Source of the DNA: a virus
Reading direction: 5' to 3' (one strand)
DNA length: 64,000 nt
Virus record (IMG/VR): IMGVR_UViG_3300025084_000006
Below are positions 51,401-60,181 of the stretch, in pieces. The translations under genes were made by a program, and so were the position numbers. The first letter of the stretch is position 1. Each line of letters begins with the position of its first letter. The notes below the pieces were generated by a model. It was not told the DNA's origin. It saw only the letters and a list, made by a program, of their open reading frames with translations, and made no database searches.

Positions 51401-54400
51401 CAGACTCAGCATCAGCTGCTGTTTCATGAAGAGTAACACGTTTGTTGGAAACGTAACGTACAAAGTATAAGGTGTTAGTGTTAATTGAAGCAGCAGAACC
51501 ACTCAGTTGAGGTAGAGTAGATCCCGCAATGTCAGTAGCAATTCTGACAAATACTTGCTGTGAAGTTGTATTAGAAGCAGGAACGTCAAAGATATGAGCA
51601 ACGTTTGTCTCAATCTCAGATGCACCAACAACATTGGACTTGTACTTATGAAGATCATAGTTGCCATCTAGTACATACTGCTCAATGTAGATCTCAACAT
51701 CAGGATCAACTGAGTCAGTCTCAGGAGAGTACATGTAGATACCTGCTGCTGCATTCTCAGGAGATGTAGCAAGCATCATCTTGTTAGTCTCAGTTCCATC
51801 GAATACACCAGGATATTCTGCTGTGGATACTGCAGTGATTTCAATCTCGATGTCAGGAGCACCAGTTCCACCTAGTTGACCATCACTAATAACAACAACG
51901 TCTCCATTTTGATATCTAGAACCACCATTAGCGATTCCATCAAGATTTACGCCATCGCCAAGTTGTAGAGAACCATCAGCATTAACCTGAATGTTAAAGC
52001 GTAGTCCAGTACCAGATGCTAATGCAGTACCATCTCCAGCAACTTTAGGTTGTGCAACTAATGAACGATAGAGACCTGTTGCTGTTGCTCTTGTAGTATT
52101 AGGAGCAGTGAATGATGTACCAGCGGCTTCAGTAACAGAAACTGCGGTAGCAGATAGAGAGAAATTCTCTGGATAAAGATTTCTACCAGGAGCAATAACA
52201 TAATACTTTGTATTCGTCTTAAATCCATCAGGTAGTCTAACAACACGCTTATCAGGATTTTGACCTGCTTTTGCACGAGGAATCAATCTAACAGCAGTAC
52301 CAGTTTCAAGGTCATGTGGGTTAGGATTGCCTGCAAAGGTGCCTGTAGCAAGCGTGAATAGCGTTGCGCGAGCAGATAGACCAGATAGGTTAGTATTAGG
52401 TTCAACACGTGTTACAGAAGCAAATGTAGGCATTGTAATGCTACCTACCAATGTACCTTGAATAGCAGAGGTAATTAGTGCAGTCAAAGTAGTAATGTTG
52501 TTTGCAATACCAGCACATGGAGGTGTTACAAGGTTGCCATTTGCATCATAGTCAGGAATAATGGTGTTATCAATTACTTGAGTAAGACCATGTGTACCTT
52601 GAACTGTGATTGTTTCTTGACGCATCGCATTGATGGCAAGATCTCTCGCCAGATTAAATGCTGCAATAGATTCAGTTTGCTCACCAATAACTGATGCGCT
52701 AGTGATATAGAGTTCAGCAGCTGCATATACTTTGTTATTACCACCAAATCTAATGTTGTATGCAATCTCGTTAAGTACAGTTTCAACGTCATCAATACAA
52801 GCATCTTCGATTGTTTCGCCAGTAGATGCTAGTAGACCTTGACCTAATTTTGTTCCAGCATATGCGGGATCATTAGCAATTCTGAAAACTGCTTCTGAAG
52901 CAATGAAACGTGCATTATCAGTGATTGCATTAGAAGCATCAACTTCAGTACCACCCAGTACACTATAACCAGAGTTAAGTACCAAGAAGATCTGCTCAAA
53001 GTAACCATCAATTGTGGTTGCAATGTTAGAGCACTCAGGCAGTGGATCACCAGAAATTGGATCAACTCTGCTATCTTGAGTGATTGTTGGATCAGTCGTA
53101 GGAGTGATCGCAGACCATGAACCTTGAGGAAGAGTGAAGTATAGGAAAGAACTTGTAGTTCCAGGACTTGTAGATTGTACAGGTCTTGTAGATCCAAAAC
53201 TCAATCTAGCACCAGGAACACCCAATTCAATTTGAGTATCACTAATAATTTGCTTAATGAAACTATTACCATCTAGGTTAGTTGTAATTTCAGTTGGTGA
53301 AGCATTAAGTTTACCATTAGTAAAGGAAGAAGGTGTGTACTCATTAACCTTCATTCCAATGATAAGACCAGATGTGTCTCCAACATTGACAATTGCCGAG
53401 TTAGGAGTTAGAGAACAATCTCTAATTAGGTAATCAAAATTACGCATTGCTGCGATCATCATGCTCTTAACATAATCAAGAGCATCCAAAGTTTCGTTCA
53501 ACTCATTAAAGATGTAAGAGAGTTGACCTTGAATGTAGTAACCTTCTGCTGCTTGAATAGAGTTGATGTTACCACCAAGTCTCAAGTCATTGACAACAGC
53601 ATCAACAAAATATCCGATGTCTCTTTCGCACTTACCAATAACAATGTTTGGATTAGAAAGAAGTTCTGGGTACTTAGTAACAATGTACTGATAAGATTCG
53701 TTCTGAATCAGTTCTTTGTTATCTTCAATTCTGTTAGCAGCATCTTGTGCATAATTGTCAACTGCTGCGCTTGCAGGAGTTAGAGTTTCGATGCCAACTG
53801 TCCAAGACTTAAATCCACTTGGAGAAATTTTTGATGTAAACTCAAGTGGACCAGCAGGTTCTGAAGGATAACGAGAAAGATCAACTGCTAGTGTCTCACC
53901 TGTTTTAGCACCAATTCTATATCCATTAATGGAAGATGCTGGACGGGATTCTGGATCATTAACGTCATCACCAGCAAGGTATAGTTTAGTATGGTTGTTT
54001 CTAGACTTAGATGCACTAACATCTAAAGTATACCACTGGTTGATGATTGTCGTACTCTCATTAATTGTACCAGGTGGAATAATATCAGTAATGTATCCAC
54101 CCTTATCTTGGTTGAAGGAGAATCCTTTGAAACCAACAGAGTGAAGTGATGTATTACCGAAGTTAGAGTTCGAGTTCGTGATGGACATATCTCCACCACT
54201 TTCCATTAGGAAGTGATCGAAGAAACCAACAGCAAAGACCGAGACGCACTGAACGAAAGAGTCATCCGAAGCACGGATGTGGAAGTTTCTCCAGTCATCT
54301 TTCCAGTATGCATCACCCTTAGTATGGTAAGGAATGGTAGCAAATGCGTCAGTAAGTGATGCTTGGTTCCAAGTATTGGTAAGTCTGTCGTAACGAATGA

Positions 54401-57400
54401 ACGCACGATCATCTTTTTGAAGGCTAACTCCAGTATATTGAGCTACGACCATTGACTTAAATCCAGTCGCCTTAGATCCATCCGCCCACATGCCGCATTG
54501 ACCCCAAGTAGAGCGGATCGAGCAGTTAAACACATAAGGAGATGCGGACTCAACAGAGTCAATTTCCGCAAGAACTACCGCGTTTGTAGAGACTCCACCG
54601 ACTTCACCAGAGAAATAAGTTTGACCAGATACAAGTCCAAGTGATGCTGCGGTATTATTGTATACTTCATACTCAAATACCTTAGGATTAACCTGATCAA
54701 TCTTGGTAACCTTCCAGGTTCCGTTGATTTCATCAGATAGTCCAGAGTTAATGATAGCAACGTACTGACCTTCAAAGTAACCATGATCAATCTTGGTGAC
54801 AATGGTAATGTTTGAATAACCGAATTGCGAAACGAATGAAACTGAACCAGCACCACTAATTGCTTGAGTCAGGGTAACTGTGTTACCAGAGATAGATTCA
54901 ATTCTAGTGTTAGGATTGATAACTACGCTTACATCACTAGATGTAACTGTTGCACCAACGTTGAGTTTGCTGGTATCAGATACATTAACTAGTTGATCCG
55001 TGCTGTTAGCAGTTCCGATGAATGTAGTGGAATCCTCAACTTTAATACTCTCGATAGTTCTGCTATCAGATAGAGGACCAACGATTCTGTTTTCTTGAAC
55101 CAGTGCTTCTAGTCCACCATCATCGATAGTTGGTTGGAATTGCTGGAATGACTTACCTACTTTTTCGTAGTAGTTATCAAGATCTTTAGAATCTGCATAC
55201 TCCATGATGCAAATTTTATGGTGAGAATACTCAGGAATTGCTAGTTGAGTAGAACCACGCTTGTTATAAACTTTACCGACACCTGCAGTTGCATCATACA
55301 GAGGAGATTGTGCAGAAAGATCACCATCTTTGATAGTGAACTGCCAGATATAACAACCACCAGTTAGGTTGAAGATACAAGTTCTGTCTTGTGTAGTATC
55401 AGCAGGATCAGGAACATACAGAGGACGAACAACTGTACGACGTAGGTCATAACCGATTAGAGAACAACCTCTAGGAACGATACAACCACCTTTTTCTGCG
55501 TTAAACTTATAGAGAACGTTGTCAGGATTGCTTAGATCAACAATTGAATTATCCTGCCACTCTTCCAGTGCTCTATTGTAATTGAAGGAAGGAAGAACAC
55601 CAGTAACTTTAACAGATGCCAGATCGTCAAGATTTCCGACTGAAATAACGTCAGTTAGAATCGTGATCAATGTATCAATAGTTGCCTGAACATCTTGACA
55701 TGTTGCTAGATTGCCAGATCCAGTAAAAGGAATTACAGGAGTATTAGCACCAGCAATAGCAGGTCCAGGAGAGATTGTCAGATCTTTAGCAAACAATCTG
55801 TTGGTAACTGCTCTCTTTGCCCAATAACCAATAGCACCAAATGCAGTGACAGATTCTGCTTCTTCGCCTAGAAGACCATTAGAAATTGGATTACCGAAGC
55901 GGTCAAAATATGCTTTAGTGTTAGTAATGGTGTTAGCATTACCATCAGTTCCTAGGTCATCAATCAAACCATCAACAATAATACCAGCATCACGCTTGCA
56001 CTTAGCATGACCAGTAGAGACTTGGGTAGAAATTGTTTCTGCGGGAAGTTGTGAAAGATTCTCGTCAGTAACAGCAGTGATAACAATAGCACCCAATGTG
56101 TCAATAGCAGACTGAACGTCAGCACATGCAGCAGGGTTACCAGATTGTAGGTTTTCCTGTGGGTTGTTGGTGTTACCAAAGATAGCATCACCAGGAGTGA
56201 TACCATTAGGACCAGAATCTTTGAAGTAAAGCTGATTAGTAATCGCTTTCTTCATCTCACCGATTGCAAAGTTAAATGCAGTCAGTGACTCAGCAGTTTC
56301 ACCTTGGAGACCATTAGAAACCCAGTTAGTTCCAGACTCATCAAAGTAATTTTGTGCAAGTTTTCTCGTATATACGTTTCCACCTGCTTCATGAACATCA
56401 AGGGCAATAGCGTCAACAAATTGACCAATGTCACGCTTACACTTGATCTCGCCATCAGGGAGAATTGTGGAACTCGTTTCTGCAGGTAGAAGAGAACTGA
56501 GTAGGAAAGTACCATTGTTTGCTGCTAGATTTGCATCATCGAAGATTGTATCAACGATAGCATATAGCGTATCCACCATGTTCTGAATATCAGTACAGGC
56601 ATTAACAGAAGTGTTAGCAACTACTCCGTTACCATCACCATAAACTGCTTCACCAGGAGTTACTGTCAGATCCTTATACTCATTACCAGGAGATGATGTA
56701 GAAGTGAAGTTATTAGTCATTGCTGACTTCATCAACTCAATTGCTTTAGCAAATGCAGTCAATGCAGAAACTTCTTCTCCACGAAGACCACTGGTTGCAT
56801 CATGAACAAGACCATTTGTTAATGCACTAACGAATGCATGTGTAGATTGTGGTTCGTGCTTAATTGCTTGAGCAGTTGCACTAACAAATGTATGAGCTGA
56901 TGTATCAGAAGAAGTACCAACGTTAATTGTAAACGTACCATCTTGACGTTCAAAAGCACCAGTTCCACCAACAAAAGTGTGAGCACCAGTATACTCGGAA
57001 GGTCCTACATCAATTGTAATTGTATTTGTATCAACAACCGTGATATCCAACCAACGACCTGATGGATAATCAATACCAGGACGAGGATAAGATTTAGTCT
57101 CTTGGTTGCCATCTAGGACACATGTATACTCCAAAGAGTTGTCTTCAATCTTGATGTAATCTCCAGTAGAGAATCCATGATTTGCAACTGTTAGGGTAAC
57201 AATGTTAGTTGTTGCATCGTATGGAGCATCAGTTGCTGTATGTGATGTAGAACCAACACTAGCAATAGCAATAGACTTACCAGCGAAAGGATCACTACCA
57301 GGACGTGGATATGTCTTAGGTTGTGTAGGATCAGTTAGGCAAGTGAATGTAAAGGAGTTGTCTTCTAGAACAACACCACGACCAACACCTAGACCATGCT

Positions 57401-58526
57401 GTCCAACGGTGACTTCCATGACACCAGTTGCAGGATCATATGTAGCAGCAGATGGTTGGAAATACTTATTAGGACCAGAAACACCACCATTGAATGTGAT
57501 AGTATTATTAGTAGTCTGAGTTACAGAGAATCCTTTAATTGCGCCAGGATCAATACCAGAACGAGGATAAGATTTAACTGCTTGATCACCATCCATGTCG
57601 CAAGTGAACGACAAAGCACCTGCTTCTAGGAATACTCTATCATTAACAGCAATGTTATGATCATTAGCAAAGGTAATTGTAGTGCTACCATTTGCGGGAT
57701 TGTATGCTGCGTCAGTTGGAGTATAAGAAACTCTGCTTCCTACCCAATCAGTACCAGCATCATTAAAGTAATTAGTAATATACTTTCTAGTATACTTGTT
57801 ACCACCACCTTGCTTAACATCAAGTGAGATAGCATCAATCAAGAACTTGATGTCGCGAACACAACTACCAGAGTTATAACCAGGAGGTACAGGATCAGGA
57901 CGAATAATAGCATCCATATGATCGAATGCATCTTGTGCAATCAGATCTTTATTTCTTTGGATGAGATTATATCCATCATTAAATCTAGACCACTCACCAG
58001 TAGCAGCATCATTAGGGTATACAAAATCAGGGTGTTGAACAGAAATTTCAGCAGCAGATCTATCAATGATCTCTTCTCTGTTCTTCTGAATCAGACGATA
58101 TGCGTCCTTATAACGAGACCATGCACCTGTTTGTGGATCACCAGGATAGAAAAAATCTGGATGTTGTACTGATACTTCTGCTACTCCACGATCAATAACT
58201 TCCTGACGATTTGCCTTCAGGAGGTTAGATGCATCAAAATATCTTGCTTCTACTGCAGTTTCTGTTACAAGACCTGGGCGGTTATCAATATAGTGATTAC
58301 CTGGCATCAACATGATGCTGAACTGGTCAAACCTGTCGTTATTTGCTCCAGGTAGATATGAATATCTAGATACTTCGATAAATGCCCTTTGAATCGTCTT
58401 AAATGGACGTAAAGGTGAATTTCCTCGGTTGTTCAGTTCATCAGTAGCATTAAAGTCATCTGGAGATACATAGAGGTATTTTCCAGTCTTACTTGAATAC
58501 AAGTTATCAAGTCTTGTTAGCGGCAT
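45456..58526 (-). CDS. giant tail fibre/virion structural protein (4356 aa)
   Basis: YLYVSPDD...RPFKTIQRA and SPYVFNCS beta-helix-type motifs; YDxxTG...HG...FTC...YPR repeats; helical CxRD repeats; gp9/10-like C-terminus LPVNAQMGDMVRIID; late promoter upstream. Confidence 0.85.
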   Translation of the reverse strand: MPLTRLDNLYSSKTGKYLYVSPDDFNATDELNNRGNSPLRPFKTIQRAFIEVSRYSYLPGANNDRFDQFSIMLMPGNHYIDNRPGLVTETAVEARYFDASNLLKANRQEVIDRGVAEVSVQHPDFFYPGDPQTGAWSRYKDAYRLIQKNREEIIDRSAAEISVQHPDFVYPNDAATGEWSRFNDGYNLIQRNKDLIAQDAFDHMDAIIRPDPVPPGYNSGSCVRDIKFLIDAISLDVKQGGGNKYTRKYITNYFNDAGTDWVGSRVSYTPTDAAYNPANGSTTITFANDHNIAVNDRVFLEAGALSFTCDMDGDQAVKSYPRSGIDPGAIKGFSVTQTTNNTITFNGGVSGPNKYFQPSAATYDPATGVMEVTVGQHGLGVGRGVVLEDNSFTFTCLTDPTQPKTYPRPGSDPFAGKSIAIASVGSTSHTATDAPYDATTNIVTLTVANHGFSTGDYIKIEDNSLEYTCVLDGNQETKSYPRPGIDYPSGRWLDITVVDTNTITIDVGPSEYTGAHTFVGGTGAFERQDGTFTINVGTSSDTSAHTFVSATAQAIKHEPQSTHAFVSALTNGLVHDATSGLRGEEVSALTAFAKAIELMKSAMTNNFTSTSSPGNEYKDLTVTPGEAVYGDGNGVVANTSVNACTDIQNMVDTLYAIVDTIFDDANLAANNGTFLLSSLLPAETSSTILPDGEIKCKRDIGQFVDAIALDVHEAGGNVYTRKLAQNYFDESGTNWVSNGLQGETAESLTAFNFAIGEMKKAITNQLYFKDSGPNGITPGDAIFGNTNNPQENLQSGNPAACADVQSAIDTLGAIVITAVTDENLSQLPAETISTQVSTGHAKCKRDAGIIVDGLIDDLGTDGNANTITNTKAYFDRFGNPISNGLLGEEAESVTAFGAIGYWAKRAVTNRLFAKDLTISPGPAIAGANTPVIPFTGSGNLATCQDVQATIDTLITILTDVISVGNLDDLASVKVTGVLPSFNYNRALEEWQDNSIVDLSNPDNVLYKFNAEKGGCIVPRGCSLIGYDLRRTVVRPLYVPDPADTTQDRTCIFNLTGGCYIWQFTIKDGDLSAQSPLYDATAGVGKVYNKRGSTQLAIPEYSHHKICIMEYADSKDLDNYYEKVGKSFQQFQPTIDDGGLEALVQENRIVGPLSDSRTIESIKVEDSTTFIGTANSTDQLVNVSDTSKLNVGATVTSSDVSVVINPNTRIESISGNTVTLTQAISGAGSVSFVSQFGYSNITIVTKIDHGYFEGQYVAIINSGLSDEINGTWKVTKIDQVNPKVFEYEVYNNTAASLGLVSGQTYFSGEVGGVSTNAVVLAEIDSVESASPYVFNCSIRSTWGQCGMWADGSKATGFKSMVVAQYTGVSLQKDDRAFIRYDRLTNTWNQASLTDAFATIPYHTKGDAYWKDDWRNFHIRASDDSFVQCVSVFAVGFFDHFLMESGGDMSITNSNSNFGNTSLHSVGFKGFSFNQDKGGYITDIIPPGTINESTTIINQWYTLDVSASKSRNNHTKLYLAGDDVNDPESRPASSINGYRIGAKTGETLAVDLSRYPSEPAGPLEFTSKISPSGFKSWTVGIETLTPASAAVDNYAQDAANRIEDNKELIQNESYQYIVTKYPELLSNPNIVIGKCERDIGYFVDAVVNDLRLGGNINSIQAAEGYYIQGQLSYIFNELNETLDALDYVKSMMIAAMRNFDYLIRDCSLTPNSAIVNVGDTSGLIIGMKVNEYTPSSFTNGKLNASPTEITTNLDGNSFIKQIISDTQIELGVPGARLSFGSTRPVQSTSPGTTSSFLYFTLPQGSWSAITPTTDPTITQDSRVDPISGDPLPECSNIATTIDGYFEQIFLVLNSGYSVLGGTEVDASNAITDNARFIASEAVFRIANDPAYAGTKLGQGLLASTGETIEDACIDDVETVLNEIAYNIRFGGNNKVYAAAELYITSASVIGEQTESIAAFNLARDLAINAMRQETITVQGTHGLTQVIDNTIIPDYDANGNLVTPPCAGIANNITTLTALITSAIQGTLVGSITMPTFASVTRVEPNTNLSGLSARATLFTLATGTFAGNPNPHDLETGTAVRLIPRAKAGQNPDKRVVRLPDGFKTNTKYYVIAPGRNLYPENFSLSATAVSVTEAAGTSFTAPNTTRATATGLYRSLVAQPKVAGDGTALASGTGLRFNIQVNADGSLQLGDGVNLDGIANGGSRYQNGDVVVISDGQLGGTGAPDIEIEITAVSTAEYPGVFDGTETNKMMLATSPENAAAGIYMYSPETDSVDPDVEIYIEQYVLDGNYDLHKYKSNVVGASEIETNVAHIFDVPASNTTSQQVFVRIATDIAGSTLPQLSGSAASINTNTLYFVRYVSNKRVTLHETAADAESGDRALTFVSGTGNNFYLYANKRPSPLVFDPEFTTTGNNSGLWYLNVEDESNSGNSGTYNRYSILSRFHGGVELVNDFQTKTDPTLDTRYLRVEDERGKEDRVYRMRYVVPSYLETVRDPLNGFVIKCRTDDKRRLVPQRVLLKPIPGNPNNVASFFNPTNAGEQIGLNKSELIADQVRTIDPSVVDLLPEQQNLYDPYLEPKVIEFDSKISATIQSARKVQPILGSSDEFLEVTLFDHTIVNQSVKNEIFTVVRCNFLQGGFFTANATQSNDANKITWETVGGGTVQGEAYLQSYINDIETSQAVLVLKGVVGELDFIAGNVVLFKQGAVQIQLVETPNSFGDIARLDKAKRDNYLYRVEGANVYTIAPGDIVTDDTGQNAYFVATIEDQGNFDDSFYIFDINTLQERIANQQDGIYYLTCLRGNISPFPQGSGVGENFRNFKFSQPISQLYPINYKNDPLWFQVDGGTGVRDTSIVDVPATISAADNYVHGLVTVNDAKGSETKEMITDAISNSFLNRFTYTNVTTDSNGNIIDNRIQGQEGNATSGSEDRLIPISGDSQFPTERKLYVELRRPSIARSGNHTFEYLGFGPGNYSTGFPLRQEVVLTDKQDFYAQAKREDGGIVFYTGLNSNGDLYIGNKKVNAITGEETFLESASLIDSEDDDENIGTLVTTFDSPVTFNSTIVVAGKSSLNGPVEINVEASEGDALRVLSNISADEDQTLFAGSWRTQSDGDILLSGNKIRSAVFVLNARPKPSAQYGQSYTWRTNYLGSEPSNLTPWQDEDTAFYGTQVVEYGANLLKDPAAGDLLYKGSYVGESGSLGWILANKFTSFAAKIFRITADGTKNLTVEFAATFTNENVKILQDSQIRIINFSNNVLNGDWEVVDGTWSETGVTFQFQISTEIGAGTIYTATDWAGGDIQVSSKQWKEQGVLGAETIRTYTDERGDYRLGVNTVARTAFDAVLSNNVNEFTTPRANLDVVGTAFISGKTLVSYDVNGVVQENRYDNVGQDSGGNTIVNINGLGNLNSDQREGLTGALLTQKGFIPQDNALLVGGDSNNLDQPATLRVATSDDLTPGTTYTAGGRVGINTALGVTPERELDRNLVVVGDGRITGNFLISDDISVDGGDINTTSQAFNLINNNATILNFAGDAQLIDMFSNTSNDQTITIGANADFQTVRIGTNVPRSIFSVHALSENAFVDIATVADDADKDSQVFIGGAWGNADSKVVLGSAQTITGGTLEVGSKVAAGTGEARIFTQTGKARLFDDDRTQQVEAFTKANKITIASLGGTTTIRNSLKVQASATVDSSIILDGGTTAGIIEIVRERFSTPISLHNLGSLDTPNIDFYKYKSTGRVIDTPGVRLWGGSQDIAGGGRISGFDNLQAPDPSNLRVSGQYAFRFATGGSGSGAAFDISVAFDGTVSVEVVSTGTGYADNQQLTIADSLIGGGGAPDITLDINGVTDSSDVFILPISTPGAGDFDIGDLILLDRGNSASPNNIIVTGGGSITGLRDQAKSEIMRVVGLDNVTNPSDGQGFRISVTRAEEGTGDPTTQTSLGRSGWIDHPDGTVIAKLDKQPAASFITGKDIGSPGQPTVPDGIIDEPRSGIDSSTANVRIGVAEFGGVLTTLDLLRLDGAEIVGIADVISTDVQALIVNDGGSPAVENFRVNSTTGDTTIAGNVGIGLGFNQFTINGANGNTNINGTTTIENTLTLNGSTIVNQQFFTITNGGPSFQNDGVTVATPLRTTFEIDTANGNVTMNGGNLNIYAVDGTTERLTLTGAGDLTVYGSLSAEGDGLSKFGGPVQIAGDLTVNGGDFVVNQNGNEVFAVDDDGSLNIAGISNYISPTGGMKWVVANTSIINADANVNYFVDVSGTTLFKLPVNAQMGDMVRIIDISGILSYDKSLVVRAQSLVNVQGSQSNTGTTVTGNTLGENFSLTHNGGELVVQTPNAAFGLVFCGEVDADGNGGANPNKAGWYLMDV

Positions 58527-58559
58527 AACTACCCGAGCTTATTGTCGTTTTCCTTGATT

Positions 58560-58567
58560 TATTTATA
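58560..58567 (-). promoter_or_regulatory. T4-type late promoter TATAAATA
   Basis: Perfect match 34 nt upstream of the giant fibre gene. Confidence 0.85.
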
Positions 58568-58600
58568 CACATCACGTCTACCTATTCAGTAAACTAAGAA

Positions 58601-58672
58601 CTCCCAAGGCTGGATTTGAACCAGCGACCAGCCGATTAACAGTCGGCGGCTCTGCCACTGAGCTACTTGGGA
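58601..58672 (-). tRNA. trnN: tRNA-Asn (GTT), CCA not encoded
   Basis: TCCCAAG TAGCTCAGTGGCAGAGC...CTGTTAA...GGTTCAAATCC...CTTGGGAG cloverleaf. Confidence 0.96.
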
Positions 58673-58674
58673 TT

Positions 58675-58814
58675 GTTAGGAGGATTTTAGGAGAAAGATG
58701 CACCATGCAGGTGGACCACTCGCTCTTTATCAATCCTCCTTACTACCCTCTGCTATTAGAGAGGTTGTAGTATAGGGGCGCTTTCATATAAGAAAGATCT
58801 TTTGTACTCCCCAT
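58675..58814 (-). ncRNA. putative structured RNA (three consecutive stems) upstream of the tRNA
   Basis: Stems at 58775-58812, 58741-58772 and 58678-58740; no convincing ORF. Confidence 0.45.
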
Positions 58815-58816
58815 AA

Positions 58817-59371
58817 TTACTCACGAAGTTCATCAAACGAATAATTGCAAGAAAAAGTTTTTCTTGTTTTTTTGCTATGATGAACATTTACTCCATGAAG
58901 AATTGTACTAGGAAAGAAAATAATATCTCCAGGAGATACTTGTGGTGTCCATGTAGTACGGAACCCAAAGATTTCTTTCCATTTAGGTTTTAATGAATTG
59001 TTATATCGATCATAAAAGAAAAATTGTCCAAAGTCATCTTCCTGTTGAGGGAAGAATACCGATGCAAAATCTACTTCTATATGATCATGTATTTCTTGAT
59101 AAGAACCACGTTCATAACAATTGATCCAAGGATCATGGAAAGTATATGAGAAAGATTTTCCCACAGACTCGCCAAACTTTTGCATGGATGGTTTAATTAA
59201 CTGATCAGTTTCTTCCCAAGGACAAGCAATAGTTTGTACTTGGCACCCTTTAGTCCAATCAAAAGCAGTATAGTTTTCACTTTTGTTCAATACGTATGAA
59301 GTTAATTCATCTGCATTGGGTGCTTGAAATTGAACAAAGAACTGATTAAATGAAAAAAGATCAGTTATCAT
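58817..59371 (-). CDS. 2OG-Fe(II) oxygenase (TIGR02466-like)
   Basis: WINCY..GSYQEIHDH, GDIIFFPSTILHGV, RKTFSCN. Confidence 0.85.
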   Translation of the reverse strand: MITDLFSFNQFFVQFQAPNADELTSYVLNKSENYTAFDWTKGCQVQTIACPWEETDQLIKPSMQKFGESVGKSFSYTFHDPWINCYERGSYQEIHDHIEVDFASVFFPQQEDDFGQFFFYDRYNNSLKPKWKEIFGFRTTWTPQVSPGDIIFFPSTILHGVNVHHSKKTRKTFSCNYSFDELRE

Positions 59372-59894
59372 ATTTTTTAAATAAGAAGCATCCGTGCTGA
59401 GATCCCCAGACTTGTTTTTTTGACTCAGGGTCAAACCCCTTGTCCTCTACATTATACCACCCTTCGCCCAAAAATGCAACGTTTTCTAAGTAGGTTTCGT
59501 TATCGCCTTGCATGACGACACAAGAACATCCTGGTTCGATGCGACCTGCATAGTGTCCATTCTTGAACTCAAATATTGTATCACATCCTACCTTGTGTGT
59601 CAAGACCATATTTAAAAGACTCTCTAGGTTTTTAAACCCAAGATGACGACTTTTATCTTCGATTTCGTAATTTTGTACTACGATATTACCTGTGCTATCG
59701 TCTGCTACTATATTCAGCAAAAATTGACGATATGGTTTATGTGTCTTATTAAAATATGCTTGCTCACCATAAAACCACCCATCTTTAACCTTACGATGAG
59801 TAACTACAATATAAGCATACCGAGAGGGGTATGTAAATGCTTGTATTTTATTATTGAACGTTCCTTCAAACCATTTACAAAAATTTTCAATCAT
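59361..59894 (-). CDS. cpeT: CpeT/CpcT-type phycobilin lyase
   Basis: FEGTFNNKIQA..YP, FYGEQAY...PYRQ, GCD, DKGFDP...VWGS..G.F.F. Confidence 0.92.
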   Translation of the reverse strand: MIENFCKWFEGTFNNKIQAFTYPSRYAYIVVTHRKVKDGWFYGEQAYFNKTHKPYRQFLLNIVADDSTGNIVVQNYEIEDKSRHLGFKNLESLLNMVLTHKVGCDTIFEFKNGHYAGRIEPGCSCVVMQGDNETYLENVAFLGEGWYNVEDKGFDPESKKQVWGSQHGCFLFKKYDN

Positions 59895-60156
59895 CTTGTG
59901 GTAACAAAGTTTTATCGTTTACTTGAAGATCAAATACCAATGGGTGTAGTTCTTCTTCCATCAAATATGATGATAATTTGTATAGATCTTCCATATCCCA
60001 ATCCTTTCCTTCCAGTGCTTGTGTCTGAACAGTTGGGTGATCTTGTATAATTAATGGCAATTCATCAAAAGTGTATGGAATTCCCTGAATGAAGTACATA
60101 CGTACAACACTTCCTTCTAAAAATTGATATAGTTGGGAAAGTTGATATGCTTTCAT
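59887..60156 (-). CDS. conserved cyanophage hypothetical protein
   Basis: VVRMYFIQGIPYTFDEL...YLMEEELHP. Confidence 0.75.
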   Translation of the reverse strand: MKAYQLSQLYQFLEGSVVRMYFIQGIPYTFDELPLIIQDHPTVQTQALEGKDWDMEDLYKLSSYLMEEELHPLVFDLQVNDKTLLPQDD

Positions 60157-60181
60157 CTTTCTTTAATCACTTACGAATTAT

